Positions 17,950 to 25,731 of a DNA stretch of 64,000 nt are shown here, piece by piece. How positions within the stretch are numbered: position 1 is the first letter of the stretch; every line of letters starts with the position of its first letter. The stretch covers positions 41,198 through 105,197 of the forward strand of contig LCLP01000003.1 of the NCBI GenBank assembly GCA_001002135.1, read 5' to 3'. The notes under the pieces were generated by a model. It made no database searches and was not told the origin of the DNA. It was given only the letters and a program-made list of their open reading frames with translations. Both the position numbers and the translations under genes were made by a program. The DNA is from Candidatus Pacebacteria bacterium GW2011_GWA1_46_10 (GTDB taxonomy: Bacteria; Patescibacteriota; Microgenomatia; UBA1400; PJMF01).

Positions 17950-18789
17950 ATGCTTTCCACTTTCCTTATTCTCTCCGCTGCTGGGCTATCCAAAGGTTTC
18001 TCCGTCATCATCAACAAAACCTTGTCTGCCAAAGGGTTCCGGGCTACTACCTATACTGCGGCCATTCAGCTGCTCAGTGCGATTGTCGCCACTCCACTGC
18101 TGTTTATCGACTTTCACATCACCACTAACCCTATTTACTGGCTGCTAATTGCCATCTCAGTAGTCGCCTACGCGTTCACTGTCTACTTCACTTTCAAAGC
18201 GTACAAGCTGGAGGATGCTTCCACAGTGGTAATCATTCAGCGGTTGACGGTAGTGCTGGCTTCGCTGGGGGCGATCGTGGTGCTACACGAACCATACTCG
18301 ACTAAATCGCTGCTAGGCCTACTGTTGGTATTTCTTGGCAGCTTGGTGGTCTCGGTCAGAAAGATGAAGCTCACGCTTAGTCTTGGTCTGATTTTTGCTT
18401 TACTGTCCACGGTGATGGGCGCTCCTACCATGATTTTGGACAAAATTATCCTGCAGGATTTTTCGCCGTTTACTTATGTATTCATCAACAACTTGCTGGT
18501 AGGGTTGGTGTTTGCCCTCAGAAAAGGGCTGCCGACAGAAACCAAATTACTGATGAAAAAACATCCCAAAGAGCTCTGGTTGACTTCCATTTTAAGTACT
18601 TTGAGCTTTGCTTTAATTCTCCTAGCATTAAAGAGCGGCAGTGTCTCGATCGTGATGCCGATGTACAAAAGCCTGTCCTTCATCACGCCGGTTTTCCTAG
18701 GAATTCTGCTGCTGAAAGAACGCCATCACCTCAGCCAAAAACTTCTCGGCGCCGGGTTGGGGTTGGCGGGGATATTGTTGTTAACCTGA
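17950..18789 (+). CDS. EamA/DMT family transporter
   Basis: About 10 TM segments, two EamA repeats (LHEP.., LLKERH..). Confidence 0.85.
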   Translation: MLSTFLILSAAGLSKGFSVIINKTLSAKGFRATTYTAAIQLLSAIVATPLLFIDFHITTNPIYWLLIAISVVAYAFTVYFTFKAYKLEDASTVVIIQRLTVVLASLGAIVVLHEPYSTKSLLGLLLVFLGSLVVSVRKMKLTLSLGLIFALLSTVMGAPTMILDKIILQDFSPFTYVFINNLLVGLVFALRKGLPTETKLLMKKHPKELWLTSILSTLSFALILLALKSGSVSIVMPMYKSLSFITPVFLGILLLKERHHLSQKLLGAGLGLAGILLLT

Positions 18790-18795
18790 AAAAAA

Positions 18796-19059
18796 CTATT
18801 TTGATTTATTCAACCTGTTGTAAAGCTCAGCTCCTACATAGCCTAAAAACCAGAAAACCAAAACTTCCAAAAACCAAAACACAAAAAATTTCGGTGTAAA
18901 TTGCTCCGTTACTCGTAACTGCCAACCAATCACAAATTCTGACATCACCATCTCGTACGATTGAGGAGCCAACCATCCCCAGAGGTGAAAAAGCGGATGT
19001 AGCACTAAATCAATCAAAGCAAAAGTATTGGCGAGAGCTAAAGAATTGATTTTCACCAA
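18796..19059 (-). CDS. small membrane protein (DUF5676-like)
   Basis: Two hydrophobic segments ending in LYNRL; TATAAT immediately upstream. Confidence 0.6.
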   Translation of the reverse strand: MVKINSLALANTFALIDLVLHPLFHLWGWLAPQSYEMVMSEFVIGWQLRVTEQFTPKFFVFWFLEVLVFWFLGYVGAELYNRLNKSK

Positions 19060-19072
19060 GGAAATTATACAG

Positions 19073-19099
19073 GGAAAAGGAAGATGCAGGCTTCCTTTT
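19073..19099 (-). terminator. cassette B terminator (27 bp identical to 21596-21622)
   Basis: AAAAGGAAG-CCTGCAT-CTTCCTTTT on the minus strand. Confidence 0.8.
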
Positions 19100-19116
19100 G
19101 GTTGGAACTCTATTCT

Positions 19117-19525
19117 TTATGAAGAGTTTACTTTCCGTTTTATCTGCCAGGTTATCAGGAATAGAATTAAAATCGCTAATCCTGAAAAACCAAGCCTCAA
19201 CGCAAAGCTGTCTTTTGAAGACAATCCCATCACTATGAAAAATACTCCTGCAGCTAAAACGCCTGCAAAAGTTTCTCTCATAGAGTATCCCTTGCCATCT
19301 CTAGGGTGCAATCCCATGATCATTTTAGTGAATATTGTGGCGTTCAGGGTCGTAGGAACTGTCAGCAACTCTGCTGACAAAAACCCGACCTAAACCATCA
19401 CCGTCATCATGACCCACTGGCATCGGTCCGCCAACTGCTGAACGTTTTCCAGGTTGTTTTTGAGTCACTTGGTCGTCATTGGCTTTTTTAACACCAAACG
19501 ACAACTTGAGAAAAATCGTAATCAT
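19117..19525 (-). pseudogene. cargo of cassette B: apparently decayed small membrane-protein gene
   Basis: AGGAGG SD before ATG 19525; the hydrophobic frame (..WVMMTVMV*VGFLSAELL..FAGVLAAGVFFIVMG..) carries stops and is out of frame with the start. Confidence 0.45.
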
Positions 19526-19558
19526 TTGTGAGCCTCCTAGGCTGATAGTGGGTTAACT

Positions 19559-19726
19559 AGAAAAGCCTGCATCTTCTCTATTAAAGAGCGAACCTGTCAG
19601 AGCTTATTCTGATGGTTCACCAGAGCTCAAACTTGTGAAAAGTTTTTTGCTCTCTCTAATAGCTAGTTACTAGAGACAACAAAAAACAGCCATCAAAAAA
19701 CCCGCCGAAGCGGGGTGATGACTGTT
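19559..19726 (-). ncRNA. conserved structured cis-RNA element of cassette B (terminator, two hairpins, boxA-like motif, GAAGATGCAGGCTT hairpin)
   Basis: Aligns to 21911-22075 with conserved stems and compensatory changes. Confidence 0.7.
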
Positions 19727-19749
19727 TGACTTTTTATTTTTACTGCACG

Positions 19750-19815
19750 TTAAATCACCCCGCTCTTAGAGAGGGTGTGATAGCTGACTAAAACTTGCGC
19801 ATCTTTATTTAACAT
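19750..19815 (-). CDS. putative leader peptide MLNKDAQVLVSYHTLSKSGVI
   Basis: ATG 7 nt after TATAAT; its 3' end GCGGGGTGAT is complementary to the terminator 5' arm ATCACCCCGC. Confidence 0.55.
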   Translation of the reverse strand: MLNKDAQVLVSYHTLSKSGVI

Positions 19816-19822
19816 GCGCCCT

Positions 19823-19850
19823 ATTATAGGGGAAATTAATTGTATGTCAA
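19823..19850 (-). promoter_or_regulatory. consensus sigma70 promoter of cassette B
   Basis: TTGACA-16 nt-TATAAT. Confidence 0.8.
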
Positions 19851-19871
19851 TATGTTAATACGTTAATATAT

Positions 19872-20174
19872 TTATCTCTTTGACTTGCCGTACATTCTCT
19901 CCAGTACGGTTGAGTAACCTTGCCACGACTCACGATATAACCACTGCGCTACTCTCGTCACTGTTGTTGTACTAGTGCCAACTTCTTTCGCAATCTCCAG
20001 ATACGATTTCTCCGTCGTCCACAGCAACTTGGCAATCTGAAAACGTCGGGAAAACTCTTCAATCTCTGCTGGCGTCAGCAAATCCCTCAAAAAACCAGCA
20101 ATTTCTCGCTCACTCTTTAATTTTGTGAGAGCATTAACCAACTCTTTATCTTGTTTAGAGGGATATTTGGGCAT
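19872..20174 (-). CDS. YerC/YecD (TrpR-like) regulator
   Basis: FLRDLLTPAEIEEFSRRFQIAKLL..SYLEIAKEVGTSTTTVTRVAQWL. Confidence 0.9.
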   Translation of the reverse strand: MPKYPSKQDKELVNALTKLKSEREIAGFLRDLLTPAEIEEFSRRFQIAKLLWTTEKSYLEIAKEVGTSTTTVTRVAQWLYRESWQGYSTVLERMYGKSKR

Positions 20175-20196
20175 GTTAACAGTTTAACATTTTTGC

Positions 20197-20688
20197 TTAA
20201 ACAATCTCCGTAATTTCTGGTTTTACTATTTTTCGATAATCTTCTGCCTTCATCGCCACCGAAAACCGCCGATCGCCGGCGTTAAAAACAATTTTTTCCA
20301 GCTTCATGAGACTGGGATCCACAATCACTTTTAAGTCAAACAGATTGCCAAACGGTGGAACACCTCCTGGTTCAACTCCATCAGTGAGCTTCCCCACCTC
20401 TTCTGTGGTGGCAAAACGGATGTCCTTGGCACCCAGCAAGGCTTTGAGTTTGACTCCATCAAAACGCTTATCTCCAGGCAATACTAGCATCAGAAACTCT
20501 TTATCCTGCTGACTGCGTTTTACCCGAATAATGATCGCCTTAGCGCCCTGCTCCAGTGAGTAACCTGTGCGCACCTTAGCTGCCTCCTCACTCGTCCTCA
20601 CTGGCTCATGCTCAAAAGTCTCAAACCAGTAACCGCCAGCCTTGAGCAAATCTAGAATTTTTGAGGTAACGGGGTGGTATTGTGGCAT
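20197..20688 (-). CDS. YbaK/EbsC family aminoacyl-tRNA deacylase
   Basis: HEPVRTSEEAA, GAKAII, GVEPGGVPPFG, FNAG. Confidence 0.9.
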   Translation of the reverse strand: MPQYHPVTSKILDLLKAGGYWFETFEHEPVRTSEEAAKVRTGYSLEQGAKAIIIRVKRSQQDKEFLMLVLPGDKRFDGVKLKALLGAKDIRFATTEEVGKLTDGVEPGGVPPFGNLFDLKVIVDPSLMKLEKIVFNAGDRRFSVAMKAEDYRKIVKPEITEIV

Positions 20689-20694
20689 GAAGTT

Positions 20695-21573
20695 TTACTT
20701 TCTCGCAAAAACCAGCAAAATAATGCCAATAATGGCCAATATCAATCCCAAGCTTACTTTTCCATAATGCTTTTTTAAATCAATTTCTTTAAATACTAAA
20801 ATGCCGATGGCGATTGTCCATAAGGCGCTGGTTTGAATCATGGTAAAAGCAATTGAGGCGGCTAAATGTTGATATGAGAAAAGTTGAAACAAGCTTGCAC
20901 CCAGATATAGAACGCCAGCTGACAAACCTACCCATACTTCTCTTTTTACTGCTCTTCGCAATTCACTAATTTTTCCTCTCAATAAAATATAGGTAGCAAT
21001 ACTGCCGGCAATAGCCAAACTCCAAACGACTTGTTGCAAGTACACGCCGACATGAGAGGTGACGTATTTCTGAATGACAGCAACTGACCCAAACCCTAAG
21101 GCTGAGAGTAATGCCAAAGATACTCCTCTGATATTAATTTTCTTTGCTGTCTCGGATGAAGTAGTGAAAAATATCGCTGATAGAAAAATTGCTACAGCGG
21201 CCAGTAAAGCAAATACAGGATTGGTGGTAGCAAATTCCTTTAAAACCACCAGGCTCAACACTGCTCCTACTGGTCCTTGTAAATTTTTCCATTGATTGGA
21301 TCTAGAAAGACCAATTAAATCAATCGAACCGACAAACAATACAAATGATCCTGCCCAGATCAAGCCAGCCAAGACTGACCACCATAAAATAGGCGAAAAT
21401 GATTCTTGAAAACCTAACAATGGTTTAAAGAGATATAAAACCAATGAACAAACCGAAAAACCCACAGCCATAAAAAAACTGAAAACCACCGGGGAAAGTT
21501 TGCTGAGTTTTCTGGGAACAACGTAGAGGCTAAAAAAAACCGAACTGATAAGTGCAAATAGATAACCGCTCAC
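20695..21573 (-). CDS. GRP/GlcU-like DMT sugar transporter
   Basis: FFSLYVVPRK, AGLIWA, IGLSR, GILVFKE; leaderless GTG 7 nt after TATAAT. Confidence 0.75.
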   Translation of the reverse strand: MSGYLFALISSVFFSLYVVPRKLSKLSPVVFSFFMAVGFSVCSLVLYLFKPLLGFQESFSPILWWSVLAGLIWAGSFVLFVGSIDLIGLSRSNQWKNLQGPVGAVLSLVVLKEFATTNPVFALLAAVAIFLSAIFFTTSSETAKKINIRGVSLALLSALGFGSVAVIQKYVTSHVGVYLQQVVWSLAIAGSIATYILLRGKISELRRAVKREVWVGLSAGVLYLGASLFQLFSYQHLAASIAFTMIQTSALWTIAIGILVFKEIDLKKHYGKVSLGLILAIIGIILLVFARK

Positions 21574-21595
21574 GAAGGAGATTATAACAACAAAA

Positions 21596-21622
21596 GGAAA
21601 AGGAAGATGCAGGCTTCCTTTT
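21596..21622 (-). terminator. cassette C terminator
   Basis: Same 27-bp sequence as 19073-19099. Confidence 0.8.
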
Positions 21623-21653
21623 TTTGTAATACTACTCAAGATTATTGAACGTT

Positions 21654-21881
21654 TTATGGTTGTCTGATTTGAATTGAATCCACTTTTTTATCCCCATCAA
21701 AAACATCCAGAAAATACTGAGTCTTTGGAGGTTGTACTTCAATATGAGCTCCACCCCATTGCCCCCTACACCCAGTGGCTGAGTAAAGTGTGGCAGTTGT
21801 AACTTCAAAACGGCAACCAGGATATTTAGCTTGTAATTGATCCAACGCCTCTTTTTGGGTCGGTAGTCTGTTTTCTGCCAT
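21654..21881 (-). CDS. small hypothetical protein, cargo of cassette C
   Basis: TAAGGAG SD before the ATG; 75 aa; ends just before the terminator. Confidence 0.7.
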   Translation of the reverse strand: MAENRLPTQKEALDQLQAKYPGCRFEVTTATLYSATGCRGQWGGAHIEVQPPKTQYFLDVFDGDKKVDSIQIRQP

Positions 21882-21910
21882 TTCATCTCCTTATACAAGA
21901 AAATTTGGTC

Positions 21911-22075
21911 AGAAAAGCCTGCATCTTCTCTGTGAAAGAGCGAACCAATCCGAAGCAATTTCGGCGGTTCACTAGAGCAAATAAAACTTTTTCAAGGTTG
22001 TTTGCTCTCCTCAATTCTCTGAAAAATACTTAAGACAACAAAAAACCCCGAAGACTTCGGGGTATTGCTGTTTGA
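21911..22075 (-). ncRNA. conserved structured cis-RNA element of cassette C
   Basis: CCCCGAAG/CTTCGGGG-T6 terminator, GAGAGCAAA/TTTGCTCT hairpin, GTGAACC/GGTTCGC hairpin, CGCTCTTTCACA, AGAGAAGATGCAGGCTTTTCT. Confidence 0.7.
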
Positions 22076-22107
22076 TTGTTTGTTGAAAATAAATCACTTC
22101 CCCGAAG

Positions 22108-22158
22108 TTAGACTTGGGGATAACAATAAGCGCTAGACTTAAATTGAACGTGATTCAT
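22108..22158 (-). CDS. putative leader peptide MNHVQFKSSAYCYPQV
   Basis: ATG 8 nt after TATAAT (22167-22172); CTTCGGGG just after the stop pairs with the terminator 5' arm. Confidence 0.55.
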   Translation of the reverse strand: MNHVQFKSSAYCYPQV

Positions 22159-22317
22159 TGGGGGAGATTATAACAGATTGTACGAGGGGGTTGTGATTCG
22201 TTTTAGAACTTACGGGTAAAAATAACTAAAAGTAAAAACTAGTATTTATGTATAATCAGAACTAGCTCTGGCCGTCAGTATTTTCATTGGGTATCTCGGC
22301 TTCCGAGTGGAGAAGAA

Positions 22318-22569
22318 ATGATCAATCCATCCCCTGAAGAAAGCTCAGCAAAAGAGATCGAATTGTATAGAGTTGATTATTATTACTGTCCCCAAAAATA
22401 CACCGCTGGTTGTCAAGAAATGGCTCCAGGAAGAACCTTCGAAATCGAAGTTAAACAGGATTCAGACATGAAAACGTACTACAACGCCTTTCAAAGCGCT
22501 GCTGAAAAAAACGCTCCCCTCTGCCCAGTTCACTCAGAAAAAATGCTTCCTTTATTAAGGAAAGTTTGA
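22318..22569 (+). CDS. small hypothetical protein, possible Zn ribbon
   Basis: YYCPQKYTAGC ... LCPVH. Confidence 0.6.
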   Translation: MINPSPEESSAKEIELYRVDYYYCPQKYTAGCQEMAPGRTFEIEVKQDSDMKTYYNAFQSAAEKNAPLCPVHSEKMLPLLRKV

Positions 22570-22706
22570 TTTTCCCAAGAATTTTGCTTACTTCCAAGTA
22601 TAACCTCGTAGTTTATTTAGTTTATATCGCTCACCAAGCTGTACCCTCGGCCGACGCTCCAGCTTGTATCATCACCCCACAACTTTTACACTGATAAATA
22701 CAGTAA

Positions 22707-23678
22707 ATGAACGAAACTTCCGCTACTCAACCAGCAGCTGAAAAATATCAAGCCAAAACACCAGAAAAAGCTTGGGGGTTTCCGCGAAAAGGCAGAGTTT
22801 TAAGACTCAAACCGAAAGAGGTTATGCCTCTGGAAATAACTCCAACAGAAAGAGATAAACGAATTAAGGAAAAGTATGGTACCGAGCCTCAAACCGGATT
22901 AGTAGAGAGGGGTGTACGCTTTGATGGACCAGAGGGACCAGCTTGGGCAGTAGAAGCATATATCCCCATCTCTAAGACCATTAGAAAAATTGTAAAACGA
23001 GCGTATGGTGTAAGAATAGATATTCCAGAGAGAATTGCCGGCATTATTTACCTTGATCTTGCCCCTCAGCAATCTATATACCCTATCAAGTACAGAACAA
23101 TAAAAACCGACTGGCGAACCAAGTCTCGGTTACTGGCCAGACAACCCCTTGATAGACTCAGAACAGCCAGTCAAAAAGACAATCTATTAGATTTCTTTGC
23201 CTTCCTTCACTCCATCAATATGGGTGGTCCAAACAACTCACCAGAGGAAAAAAAGGCTCGAGTCTTCACGGACATCCTTCAAAACATCTTTTCAGAACGA
23301 AAAGAACTGCAAGAGGAATTTAATGAACTTCTAGCTCAAGGAAAAGGCACTGAATTGGTCATTGTCGATGGCCACGGCGGCGGGAAACCAGAACATATTA
23401 TGGGCGAGCAGTACTACGATACCGTTAAAAAGGGCGATTATACAGTCCAAAGAGCTGGCAATCGGGTCTTTACCAAAGAAATAGTTGAGATGTACAACGA
23501 TCCAAAAACTTACGCCGCTGTTATCTTCCACGCCTGTAACATCGAGGGAGTGGACGTTCCTGTTAAAGACGTCCCAATCATTCATCCTCTTGGAGCGTCA
23601 ACAACAGGGGATTCTCTTCTCGCTGATGTAATTCCTGCATACAAAAATCGGTCATTTATCAAAACTCCCGAAAAATAG
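22707..23678 (+). CDS. hypothetical protein with a possible clan CD His-Cys dyad
   Basis: VIVDGHGGG and VIFHACN motifs. Confidence 0.65.
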   Translation: MNETSATQPAAEKYQAKTPEKAWGFPRKGRVLRLKPKEVMPLEITPTERDKRIKEKYGTEPQTGLVERGVRFDGPEGPAWAVEAYIPISKTIRKIVKRAYGVRIDIPERIAGIIYLDLAPQQSIYPIKYRTIKTDWRTKSRLLARQPLDRLRTASQKDNLLDFFAFLHSINMGGPNNSPEEKKARVFTDILQNIFSERKELQEEFNELLAQGKGTELVIVDGHGGGKPEHIMGEQYYDTVKKGDYTVQRAGNRVFTKEIVEMYNDPKTYAAVIFHACNIEGVDVPVKDVPIIHPLGASTTGDSLLADVIPAYKNRSFIKTPEK

Positions 23679-23743
23679 CTGCTCTTTTTCTCATTACTGA
23701 TAGTTTCCTCCTTGAATTTCTGTGTTACACTTACCCCGTCCCG

Positions 23744-24316
23744 GTGAGAAAGCCACGATCACACGTCTCACAAGTCGCCTTTGAAAACGAGTGGGTCACA
23801 GTTAAAGTCGATACCCTCACCTTCGGTCAAAATCGCCAATACTCGTACAGCTATGTGGCCAAACGCCATCCCGGCGTGATGGTCGTGCCATACTTCACCA
23901 AAAACGATTCGATCTTAATGACCCAACAGTACCGTCACCCAGTGCACAAAATAGCGCTCGGGTTTCCCGGTGGCGCCATCGAAGACGGTTTCACACCTGA
24001 AGCAGCCGGGCGTAAAGAAATGCTGGAAGAAACCGGTTACCAGGCGAAAAAACTGATTGATTTAGGACCGTTCATGCCCGACATTGGTATTCAATCCGAC
24101 ATCGGCCGCATCTTTTTGGCCATCGATCCAGTAAAGGTTGCCGAGCCAACTCAAAACACTGATGAAGAAACCACTATCCCCATTATTAAAACCGTGAACG
24201 AAATCAAACAGCTTATTGACGACGGGCAGATCCGAGACGGCTGGTCACTCGGACCGCTGCTCCTCTTTTTGCTCTGGAGAGAAAGTCAAAAGTTAAAAGT
24301 TGAAAGTAAAAAGTGA
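23744..24316 (+). CDS. NUDIX hydrolase (ADP-ribose pyrophosphatase-like)
   Basis: QYRHP, PGGAIEDGFTPEAAGRKEMLEETGY Nudix box. Confidence 0.9.
   Translation: MRKPRSHVSQVAFENEWVTVKVDTLTFGQNRQYSYSYVAKRHPGVMVVPYFTKNDSILMTQQYRHPVHKIALGFPGGAIEDGFTPEAAGRKEMLEETGYQAKKLIDLGPFMPDIGIQSDIGRIFLAIDPVKVAEPTQNTDEETTIPIIKTVNEIKQLIDDGQIRDGWSLGPLLLFLLWRESQKLKVESKK
24281..24315 (+). repeat. 7-nt tandem repeat (RAAAGTN) x5
   Basis: GAAAGTC AAAAGTT AAAAGTT GAAAGTA AAAAGTG. Confidence 0.6.
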
Positions 24317-25731
24317 TGGTAAAAACAATCGTCAAATCTTCCAGTTGGGAAAAAACCGCACCCAACTTCTTGGCTATCTCGCCGCTGGATGGTCGTAACT
24401 ACCACAAAGTTGCACCCCTTTCGCAGTATTTTTCCGAATATGCACTCAACCGTGCCCGCGTCTATGTGGAGCTCACTTACTTACTCTATTTGGTAAAAAT
24501 TCGGGTCGCCCCCAATTTGACTAAAAGACAGTCACAAAAGTTACTCAATATCCATAAAAAATTTGATGAATCAGCGATAAGAGAGGTGCGTACCATCGAG
24601 CATTCCACCAACCACGACGTCAAAGCCGTGGAGTATTACCTCAAAATTAAGCTCCAAAAACTTGGCCTCAAGTCCCACCAGGAGTGGTTGCACTGGGCCT
24701 TGGCTTCAGAAGATGTTAATAACCTGGCTTACGGCCTACTCCTACGGGACTATCATCGAGAAGTTTTACTCCCACTGGTTAAGAAAGCCCTCGATCAATT
24801 AGCTCGAGTAGCCGAGAAAGCAAATATCCCGATGCTTGGCCGCACCCACGGACAACCGGCCAGCGTCACGACATTGGGAAAAGAATTAGCCGTATATCTT
24901 TCACGATTCCAGATTACCCTCGATCAGTTCAAGTCAACCAAGTTTTATGGCAAACTCGGTGGCGCCGTTGGTTCGTATGCCGATCAGGCTGCGCTGGACC
25001 AAAGTAAAAACTGGCCCAGCTTGCTGGCTGCCTACATCAAATCACTGGGGTTTGAACCCATCCCCATCAGTACTCAAATTGCCCCTTACGAACACCTCGC
25101 TTCATACTTCAGTCAACTGAAAATTCTGCAGGAAACCGCCGTGGATCTTACCCAAAACCTCTGGTGGTACATCAGCTTTGAGTATTTTGTCCAAACCAAA
25201 AAAACCGGCGAGGTCGGTTCTTCCATCATGCCGCATAAGATTAACCCCATTTACTTGGAGGGAGCCGAGGGTGGCTTTCAACTTGCCAACGCTCTTTTGG
25301 GTTTTTACAGCCAGAAATTTCTTCATTCCCGCCTGCAGCGCGACCTGTCCGACACCACTGTGCGCCGCAGCTTCGGCATCGCTTTTGGCTATTCATACCT
25401 GTCTTGGCAAAGCTTGATCGAAGCCCTGGAGCGACTGACACCAAACCGAGTAACACTCGAGCGAGACCTTGATCAACATTGGGAGATTTTAGCCGCACCA
25501 GTGCAAAATTACCTGCGCACCAAAGGGTATCTAAAACCCTATGAACTGCTGAAAAACAAAACTCGCGGCCAGCGCTTTACCAGAGAAGAATGGGTTAAAT
25601 TAATCGGTTCGCTGAAACTGGAGACCGCTGACCAAGTCTATGTGTTGTCACTAACTCCACAGACACTCGCTAAAACTTCGACCAAACTGGCTAAACAAGC
25701 TATTGCTCGCTACCAAAAGGCATACCAATGA
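24313..25731 (+). CDS. purB: adenylosuccinate lyase
   Basis: AISPLDGR, TNHDVKAVEY, RTHGQPA, GSSIMPHKINPI, SRLQRDLSD. Confidence 0.96.
   Translation: MMVKTIVKSSSWEKTAPNFLAISPLDGRNYHKVAPLSQYFSEYALNRARVYVELTYLLYLVKIRVAPNLTKRQSQKLLNIHKKFDESAIREVRTIEHSTNHDVKAVEYYLKIKLQKLGLKSHQEWLHWALASEDVNNLAYGLLLRDYHREVLLPLVKKALDQLARVAEKANIPMLGRTHGQPASVTTLGKELAVYLSRFQITLDQFKSTKFYGKLGGAVGSYADQAALDQSKNWPSLLAAYIKSLGFEPIPISTQIAPYEHLASYFSQLKILQETAVDLTQNLWWYISFEYFVQTKKTGEVGSSIMPHKINPIYLEGAEGGFQLANALLGFYSQKFLHSRLQRDLSDTTVRRSFGIAFGYSYLSWQSLIEALERLTPNRVTLERDLDQHWEILAAPVQNYLRTKGYLKPYELLKNKTRGQRFTREEWVKLIGSLKLETADQVYVLSLTPQTLAKTSTKLAKQAIARYQKAYQ

Noticed and set aside
21632-21958. 108-aa minus-strand ORF, and the long N-terminal extension of the 20695 ORF
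   Set aside because: They run through the conserved RNA element or terminator; the SD-led 21654..21881 ORF and the GTG at 21573 fit better.
19073-22172. Retron msr-msd, or IS/MITE with transposase, as the explanation for the inverted repeats
   Set aside because: No reverse transcriptase, transposase or recombinase is in the window and no target-site duplication is evident; action in trans is not excluded.
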